This document shows, piece by piece, positions 55,219 through 64,000 of a stretch of 64,000 nucleotides of DNA. The stretch's first letter is position 1; each line of letters starts with the position of its first letter. The translations under genes and the position numbers were made by a program. The notes under the pieces were generated by a model. The model was not told the origin of the DNA and made no database searches. It worked only from the letters and a program-made list of their open reading frames with translations. The DNA comes from Octopus vulgaris (Eukaryota), in assembly GCA_951406725.2 (NCBI GenBank), contig OX597842.1, forward strand, positions 16,926,001 to 16,990,000. The letters run 5' to 3'.

Positions 55219-55227
55219 CCTACGTAC

Positions 55228-55296
<69 letters not shown>

Positions 55297-55365
55297 CGTC
55301 TGTCTGTCTGTCTATATGTCTATCTACCTGTCTCCCTCTGTACGTTTATATATATATATATATAT
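54920..55365. repeat. (ATCT)n/(ACCT)n microsatellite
   Basis: Direct inspection. Confidence 0.92.
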
Positions 55366-55367
55366 AG

Positions 55368-55518
55368 CTGTGAGGTGATTAGCTTGCTTACCTACCACAT
55401 GGTTCCGGGTTCAGTCCCACTGCATGGCACCTTGGGCAATTATCTTCTACTATAGCCACGGGCCGACCAAAGCCTCGTGAGTGGATTTGGTAGACGAAAA
55501 CTGAAAGAAGCCGTCGTA

Positions 55519-55579
<61 letters not shown>

Positions 55580-55826
55580 GTGTGTGTGTGTATGTGTATG
55601 TGTGTGTGTTTGTGTGTGTGTGTATGTCCCCCCAACATCGCTTCACAACCGATGCTGGTGTGTTTACGTCCCCGTAACTTAACGGTTTGGCAAAAGAGAA
55701 CGATAGAATAAGTACTAGGCTTACAAAGAATAAGTCCTAAGGTCGATTTGCTCGACTAAAGGCTGTGCTCCAGCATGGCCGCAGTCAAATGACGGAAACA
55801 AGTAAAATAGTAAAAGCGTAAAAGAG
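55368..55826 (+). mobile_element. SINE family A
   Basis: Shared body and tail. Confidence 0.82.
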
Positions 55827-55865
55827 TAATAAAATAATGTACGGCATACATTATTATATTACACA

Positions 55866-56250
55866 AGCAGTATCGCCCGGCGTTGCTCGGGTTTGTTTCT
55901 ACCTGCTCGAATTAGAATGTTTGAAAAGTAAAATCTTTTGCATTATGTAGCTTGTTATTTTCTTCAAGTGAAAATTTTTCTGGTTGAAATACACCGAAAA
56001 GTGGCGACACAGCAGTGAAAAAATCGTAAAAAATAGGGATTTTCATAGAAAAAAGCACCTTTGTGATATAAATAATTTTTGGTGTTAACATGGTCCGATT
56101 TTGATTTTATCTTGTACGGAAGGAAGAGCAAGCCATCTTCTATCATACTCTCAATTTTGGTCAACTCTCGCCCCAGGGTCTCAGAGGAGATAGTGTTAGT
56201 TGAAGGCTACCAAACCTGCCGCACACAGACAACTTCAGCTTTATATAGAG
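55866..56250 (-). mobile_element. Non-autonomous Helitron module (inverted homolog of 47389-47777)
   Basis: GCAGTATCGCCCGGCGTTGCTCGGG terminus and shared body; a diverged Helitron 5' module lies at 56690-56876. Confidence 0.75.
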
Positions 56251-57265
56251 AGATAACACACACACATTAATACACATACATACACACACACACACACATT
56301 TATATATGTATGGATGTATGTATATATGTACATCTGTCCACTTCTTGCCATATTTTTATCCTTCACTTCCTACACACACACACGCGCGCGCGCGCATGCA
56401 TGCACACATACACACATACACCTTCTTAGCTTACAATTTCTTTCTTTCAACAATTGACAACTGAAGTACGCTCGACAACGAATACTACCAAAAGTTAGCG
56501 ACAGATCTCTGTTTCCTTTTTTTTTGAGGATTGGTTTAAGCATCAATAAGAGAAAGTAGCAGAATGTGTGATGTTGAATAAGAGTTGCAGAAAGAGGATA
56601 TGATAGTGGTATACACTTGCAAAGAGAAAGTAGGAGAAAGTGTGGTAATAGCAGGAGTAAAGCATTTGAATGAGAGAGGCAAATCGTAAAATATTGTTTT
56701 CTCGAATTTTTGCTTAACTGGGGATGAAATTGAAAAAAATGTATATGCCATGACCCAATCGAATCTACTTCGAAAAATCATAGGTAAATTCCAATTGAAG
56801 AAATTCTATATTGTACAATTGTATTAAAAAGAAACATAGTCACAGGCAGAGAAAATCTGCCTTTTATCATAAGAGATACAAAGGAGGGAGACTAATCTCT
56901 GAACAGTTGCTCAAAATATAATTTCCTCTAAATATTTATCATACGAGACGCTTCACCGTTTATAAAAAAAACGTTTGGATAATGTGGTTCTTATAACACA
57001 CGGTCTGAATATGGTATGATAATGGCTGCAATTCTCTGACTAAGAAAGAACTACTCAATCGAGGCTCAATGAAACCTGTGGCTAAACAACAGCAACCTTC
57101 AATGTCAAATTTCCAAGCTGCCTTCCGCTAAGAGGTCATACACTTCTCTGAAACTGCTGACTGTATCCCAAATCCTCTCTCATTTGTCCTTCATTTCAAA
57201 AACATTTTAGACTTTTAATTCTACTTTATTTGTTATTCATGATTATTATTTTTTAACGAGTGATA

Positions 57266-57978
<713 letters not shown>

Positions 57979-58805
57979 AATATGTGTAAAGTTTGTAGGA
58001 TACGTCAATGTGAATCAACTTTAATATTTTATTAGCAGCTTTATCGATCGAAGGTCAATTTATCGATCGAAGTTCAATTTAGTACTAACAGTGAAGTTTG
58101 TTAGTTAACATCCATACTTTTCTCGAAAGACATTATGAATATCCGCTTGACATCGAAATACAAACATGAACAAGCCTTCATTAATTCAAGGTCTTAAATC
58201 TCTGCTTGTTATGATTGACCGCACTTCATCCAATAACATTAAATATGATATATCCAGGTCAAAAGGCAAAACAAATTAATCGAAAGCTATCGATATATTG
58301 CTAACCTTATAAATACAGACAGCTTGTTTCAAGAGGTATTGTTGCGGAGACGGGTGAATAGAAGCGGTCATTGATTGGAAAAGTAACGAAGCTGAGAGTG
58401 AAACTGATAATTTATAAATAATCGTGAAAGCAAAGTATTTTGGAAAGAAAGCAACAACAATATAAGACTCCAAGTTTGCGAACGTATTTGAGAAAAGCGA
58501 AATAACCTGCGGGCAAATTCTGGAGTCAGAGGGAACGAAGGTTCAAGTTGTACATCTTTCTTAATAAGAGAGTAAATAATCTGAAGATATTGTTTTAAGG
58601 ACATATCATCTTCTTGAAGCTTGAACTGTGAAATATCCTAAGTTTATTCTTAAATTGTCGGAACGAAGAGAATAGAAAGGAATAAAAGAAATCCTGTTTA
58701 TCGAAACTGGAAAAAAAGAAAAATATTAAAAGGCAGAAGATATTGTTTCCAGTGAGATATGTCCGGTTTAAAAGGGAAGTTTACTTAACAAACTCTCTAA
58801 CAGTC

Positions 58806-58818
58806 ATGAACCTTAAAG
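58806..58818 (+). CDS. Right gene ATG exon (MNLK-G), within putative exon 58753-58818
   Basis: gtcATG AAC CTT AAA G|gtaagt; in frame with GA ATG GAA at 60082 (MNLKGMETS). Confidence 0.75.
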
Positions 58819-58889
58819 GTAAGTGAATTAATGATATTAAGAATGAAAAGAGAGATAATTACTAAATTTGTTTTCATAATTCTATGATA

Positions 58890-59830
58890 TGCTTAAGACT
58901 CTAGCAGCTCTTGATAAACTTTCTTCACTATTTCCTATAAAGGAGTCTATGTCTACTCGAGCAAACTGCACGCAGCCTTCTGCTTATATTAACCCTCTTC
59001 CGTACTTTCTAGGTATGTATAATCTTGCTATTATTGCCCTTGGGTCGAGTCCTCCATTCATATTGAATTCCTTCCTAGTTCTTCTGTCTACCTTTGCTAA
59101 TTCAGTTATCTCCAATCTACAAATGCTGCTGAGTATCTAAGTAATGATACGACCCGAGTATTTACGACCTTCGCTAGATTCGAACCATTTACTTTGATTT
59201 CATTAGCTTCCTCACCCTTCTGATGTACTCCTCAATTTTCGTTTTCATTTCTGTAGATAGTACTCTGGCAGATTCTAATACGTCTAGATACTTATAACTC
59301 TCTCCTCCTTTCTATGATTTTTATGTCTGGCCATCTGTTAAATGGATGCCTTCGCTGTTGACAACCTTTCTCCTTCTCATGGCTAATATTACACAAGGCG
59401 GCGAGCTGGCAGAAACGTTATAGCACGTCGGTCGAAATGCGTAGCCGTATTTCGTCTGCCGTTACGTTCTGAGTTCAAATTCCGCCGAGGTCGACTTTGC
59501 CTTTCATCCTTTCGGGGTTGATAAATTAAGTACCAGTTTTGCACTGGGGTGAATGTAATCGACTTAATCCGTTTGTCTGTCCTTGTTTGTCTCCTCTGTG
59601 TTTAGCCCCTTGTGGGTAGTAAAGAAATATAATATTGCACACATATCTACGCCAAATTCCATGGCTGTATCTTTGCTGAAGAGTCTTACAGTCTGTATTA
59701 AGGAATCAATCTCTTTTTCATTCGTAGTAAAAAATGCTTCAGATCATCCTTGTAGAGCCAACGGTTTACTGTGCCCTTACTATTTCTCAAATTATACTCT
59801 GCCTTTGCTTTTCTTAATACTAAACTGAGG
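58890..59830 (-). mobile_element. R4/Dong-like RT fragment interrupted by SINE B (59396-59630)
   Basis: LYKDDLK..NEKEIDSLIQTVRLFSKDTAMEFGVDMCA, YKYL and LRYSAA motifs. Confidence 0.7.
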
Positions 59831-60081
59831 AAGTGGGTAGCGACATTTCTTCCGGGTCTACGTTAGGAGTTCAAACCCCGCTGAGGTCGTAGGCGACCCG
59901 TACACCAGGTACATTCACACAGTTTATTCTGTATAAAGCCACGGTCTGGTGGTTAGAGCAGCGGACTCGCGGTCGAGGGATCGTGGGTTCGAATCTCAGA
60001 CAAATAGAGAAAGAGACAGAGAGAGATAAATAGACAGAAACGAATGTATGCTGTATACTTGTATGCTTGGATATTTTTCAG

Positions 60082-60411
60082 GAATGGAAACATCAATTCA
60101 ATGTCATTTGATTCTCCTGTTGCTGCCAGCTTTGACGCTTGTAGTTTTCGTGACTCCGACGACTGGAGAGTCAGCGAACAGAAATGGTTTATTCAGAAAA
60201 ATCTCTTCTTCAAAATGCATAAGTGACCAGAGAATAACAACTGCAAAAACGGTGTCTGCAATAGAATGTTCGAGTTGGTGCATGTCACAAGACGAATGCC
60301 AGTATTTTAGCTATTGTAAAGGTACATGTCATATACATGGATTGTGGTACGACAAAGAAATCGAAGATTATGATTGCAACTGTTCATTGTATATTTCGTT
60401 CCCAGAAAACG
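60082..60411 (+). CDS. Right gene coding exon 2: signal peptide + PAN/apple-like domain
   Basis: ttttcag|GA ATG...AAC G|gtatgt; 8 Cys conserved with the left paralog. Confidence 0.9.
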
Positions 60412-60472
60412 GTATGTAAATCAGCATTTTCTTGCATAATGTTCTGATTTTGATATATTTTAATCAATAAGA

Positions 60473-60670
60473 GGGCGGCGAGCTGGCAGAATCGTCAGCA
60501 CGCCGGGCGAAATGCGTAGCCGTATTTCGTCTGCCGTTACGTTCTGAGTTCAAATTCCCCCGAAGTCGACATTGCCTTTCATCCTTTCGGGGTCGATAAA
60601 TTAATTACCAGTTACGCACTGGGGTCGATATAATCGACTTAATCCATTTGTCTGTCTTTGTTTGTCCTCT
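60473..60670 (+). mobile_element. SINE family B
   Basis: Shared head. Confidence 0.82.
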
Positions 60671-60933
60671 CCGGAAAGTGAATACTTTACGGCTGTTTTC
60701 AATGATGAGTTCTTAAAATTTATTCTGCGACAGACTGACAGTTGTTCTAGCATTTGTACAAAATGAAAGTGAAAGTAAGTGTAAATATTACCCTGAGGAA
60801 CAAAAGGGACATTTTTTCGTTTTTTACCAGTTTGTCCAACACATTCATGTAACTCGTTCCTGCCATTTAAGGGCTAACATCTTGTCTATACATTTACATG
60901 TAAATTGTTCATTTCTATTTATTGCTGATTCAG

Positions 60934-61025
60934 GTACAAACTGGCAGAGAATGTTTAAAATGACCGAAAACTCATTTACAAGAAGTCTTATTTATTTATA
61001 CTGTGACAAATTTCCTATGGAAAAG
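60934..61025 (+). CDS. Right gene coding exon 3 (gene continues beyond the window)
   Basis: gctgattcag|GT...AAG|gtaat; (G)TNWQRMFKMTENSFTRSLIYLYCDKFPMEK. Confidence 0.88.
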
Positions 61026-61245
61026 GTAATGAATTTTTGAAATTTCAAAATTTTCTGCATTTAATAAACGTAGGAGTGGCTGTGTGGGTAGTAGCTTGCT
61101 TACGAACTAGATAGTTTCGGGTTCAGTCCCACTGTGTGGCACCTTGGGCAAGTGTCTTCTACTATAGCCTTGGGCCACTCCTACACCTATGTTGATAGTT
61201 CTTCTTCTTCTCCTTCTTCTTCTTCTTCTTCTTCTTCTTCTTCTT

Positions 61246-61342
<97 letters not shown>

Positions 61343-61897
61343 GAATGAGTGAGCAGTGCATGCCATCAAAGTGGCACTGGGGTAAAATATATAAAGCCCA
61401 GTATACCCATCATGACTACCCGTCTGATAAGGGTACATCATGCACATGCATCACAACCATATGTGTGCGACATGGTGACCTCATATCAAGATAAACAGCA
61501 CATCACCTTGCAGGTGGGGCTCAGTTAGGATTTTCTTCTGGTCGAGTAACCCATCCCGCTCAAAAGGTTCCTGAATAAGGGTTGTTTAAGGATGTTGAAC
61601 GAAACACCCATGTTTCCAGAGGTGAATTATTCAATCCCCAAATAATCCCTCTCAACACATGGCTATGATGCTCCTTCAAGACCGTCACAATGACTAGATG
61701 GTTAGTTCAGTGGCTTTTAGTTACAGATCTTCACTTTCTGAGTTCAAGTTCCGTCGAGGTTACCTTTGATTTACATCATTCTAGGGACGATAAAATAATA
61801 TGACAAACGTCATCAGATCGTAGTGAGAGGATTTCATAGACGTCAACATAACTAAGTGTGTTTGGAGATTGAATCGGTGTCTTGACCAGGAATACTT

Positions 61898-62405
61898 TGT
61901 GGAGGCGCGTGGCTTAGTGGTTAGGGTGTCAGCATCATGATCGTAAGATTGTGGTTTCGATTCCGGGACCGGACGACGCGTTGTGTTCTTGAGCAAAACA
62001 CTTCATTTCACGTTGCTCCAGTCCACTCCAGCTGGCGAAAATGAGTAACGCTGCGAAGGACTGGCGTCCCGTCCAGCTGGGGAACACATACGCCATTGAA
62101 ACCGGGAAACCGGGCCCATGAGCCTAGCTAGGCTTTCAGAGAGGCACATGGCCTAGTGGTTATAGCAGCGGACTCGCGGTCGAGGGATCGCAGGTTCGAA
62201 TCTCAGACCGGGTGTTGTGTGTGTGTTTATGAGCGAAAACACATAAGCTCCACGCGGCTCCGGCAGAAGGTAATGGCGAAATTTCTGCTGATTCTTTCGC
62301 CACAACTTTCTCTCACTTTTCCCTCCTGCATCTTGCAGCTCACTTGCAACGGACTGGCGTCCCGTCTAGGTGGAGAACCTATACACCAAGAAACCGGGAA
62401 ACGGA
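61898..62405 (+). mobile_element. Two tandem family C-type SINEs
   Basis: Two tRNA-like heads (TGGCTTAGTGG..GTTTCGATTCC; TGGCCTAGTGG..GGTTCGAATCTC). Confidence 0.8.
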
Positions 62406-62974
62406 GACTGAACAAATGAATCAGAATATCGAATGATTCGTTCTTGTCATCGGTACGTTGGTGTAGGAAGACCGCAAGAGTTGAAAGGGATTGTGAGCAT
62501 GGGAACTAATAAAAAAGCGATTTAAGGAGGAATTTGACGAGCTGAAGTTGGATCGATTAAGAATAAATACTTTGAAGTAGAACAACCTGGGGTTTTAACT
62601 GCTAAGATTGAAATAAGAATGGTGAGTGTTTATAAGTGTAGGTGTATAGGGTTGAGTAAACATGAGTTGGAGGAAGACGGAGAGAGATTATGAGAAGGTT
62701 CTGCGTCGGGAAGTAAAACTGTTTGTCTTAAAGTTTGAAAGGAAGAGGTAGAAGGATGAAGTTTAGGTCGAAATTTGCGAATATGTAGATACTCTCTCTC
62801 TCTCTCTTTTACTCTTTTACTTGCTTCAGTCATGTGACTGCGGCCATGCTGGAGGAGCACCTTTAGTCGAGCAAATCGACCTCGGGACTTATTCTTTGTA
62901 AGCCCAATGCTTATTCTATCGGTCTCTTTTTGCCGAACTGCTAAGTGACAGGGAAATAAACACACCAACGTCGA

Positions 62975-63200
62975 TGGTCGATTTGTAACAAAAAATATCT
63001 ACCGTGTAGAAATTTGTGAATCTTTTTTTACCGCAAAAATAATCGAAAGAACCTGCTTGTCGGTTCGCTGTATGGGTAGGCAATCAGTTTTTTTTTTATT
63101 TCAAAATTGATTGTAATGGTCGATTTGTAACAAAAAATGTCTACCGTGTAGAAATTTGTGAAATTTTTTTTACCGCAAAAATAATCGAAAGAACCTGCTT
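62975..63200. repeat. ~85-bp direct repeat
   Basis: ATGGTCGATTTGTAACAAAAA...AAGAACCTGCTT at ~62975 and ~63116. Confidence 0.85.
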
Positions 63201-63583
63201 CTCTATCTCCCTATACTTTCTTCCGCTACTACCAGCGAACGTGAAGCTTGAACTACTGGCTTCATATTTCCTTCTTTATACTTTGTAGCATGACAGCTCC
63301 TATTCAATAACCCGATGCAATCGAAGCTTCGACTTTGTCCATTTCAGGATCGAAATACGCTGGTGACAAATCAGAAATTAGTATTTTTTTATCTTTTCAA
63401 ACGCATTTTGATACTTTACCGACGAATTCCATTTTGCTTTTTTCCCCCACAAAGTGTAGTTTGTCACGTGCAATTTTTGCTGTTTTTCTTGACATAAGTT
63501 TCTTTATTTTCTACCAGGTGTAGGTGTTAAAGATTGAAATGTCACTACCGTATCCAGTTGTAATTTAATATCCACTCCGTTTA

Positions 63584-63928
63584 TGGCGGGGAGCTGGCAG
63601 AAACGTTAGCACGCTGGGCGAAATGCGTAGCCGTATTTCGCTTGCCGCTACATTCTGAGTTCAAATTCCGCCGAGGTCGACTTTGCCTTTCATCCTTTCG
63701 GGGTCGATTATATAAGTACAGTTACAAAATAAAATACCATGAAATATACAGGGATCGATATAATTGACTCTTACCTACCCACAAATATGTAATCCTGTAT
63801 CAATGTAGTTAATCAATATTATTATCAAAGTTGACCTCGGCGGAATTTGAACTCAGAACGTAGCGACGCGCGAAATACAGCTAAACATTTCGACGGGCGT
63901 GCTAACAATTCTGCCAGCCCGCCGCCTT
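63584..63928. mobile_element. Two SINE B copies in convergent orientation
   Basis: Head on + at 63584 and head on - ending at 63928. Confidence 0.78.
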
Positions 63929-64000
63929 GACCTTCATAATAATACTAATGCTTTCTACGATAGGCACAAGGTCTGAAATTTTGTGGAAGGGGCCCAGTCG

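Noticed and set aside
58276-58604. Minus-strand ORFs in the thrice-copied upstream region
   Set aside because: Frames are not preserved in the 36.3-kb and 53.3-kb copies; conserved splice signals are on the other strand
62140-62215. tRNA-like sequences (also 59940-60000, 37613-37685, 61898-61975)
   Set aside because: They are SINE heads continuing into SINE bodies, with imperfect cloverleaves

Overview
AT-rich eukaryotic genomic DNA, very likely cephalopod (Octopus-like). This is inferred from the dense (TA)n/(CATA)n/(TAA)n microsatellites, three abundant tRNA-derived SINE families and C2H2 zinc-finger debris. The only host genes are two divergently oriented, spliced paralogs encoding a secreted protein (signal peptide + 8-Cys PAN/apple-like domain + an unnamed C-terminal domain). 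One is on - (exons from ~36.1 kb down to ~10.0 kb, last exon frameshifted); the other is on + (58.8 kb onward, running out of the window). A younger inverted duplication (27.5-48.0 kb vs 50.7-54.4 kb) put a second copy of the left gene's ATG exon upstream of the right gene. The most striking element is an ORF-less 4.15-kb array (39.65-43.81 kb) of near-identical 533-bp units, 2 on - and 6 on +. Each unit carries a minimal type I hammerhead ribozyme, as in retrozymes and Penelope pseudo-LTRs. Related hammerhead-bearing inverted inserts and Penelope GIY-YIG remnants occur elsewhere in the window. Also present: composite cargo-carrying Helitrons (one with its empty site preserved in the mirror arm), a near-full-length RTE LINE, an ORF1-only L1/Tx1-like element inserted in a SINE, and R4/Dong, CRE, RTE and mariner fragments. 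Most ORFs in the supplied track are microsatellite artefacts. All calls were read by eye; no database searches were run.
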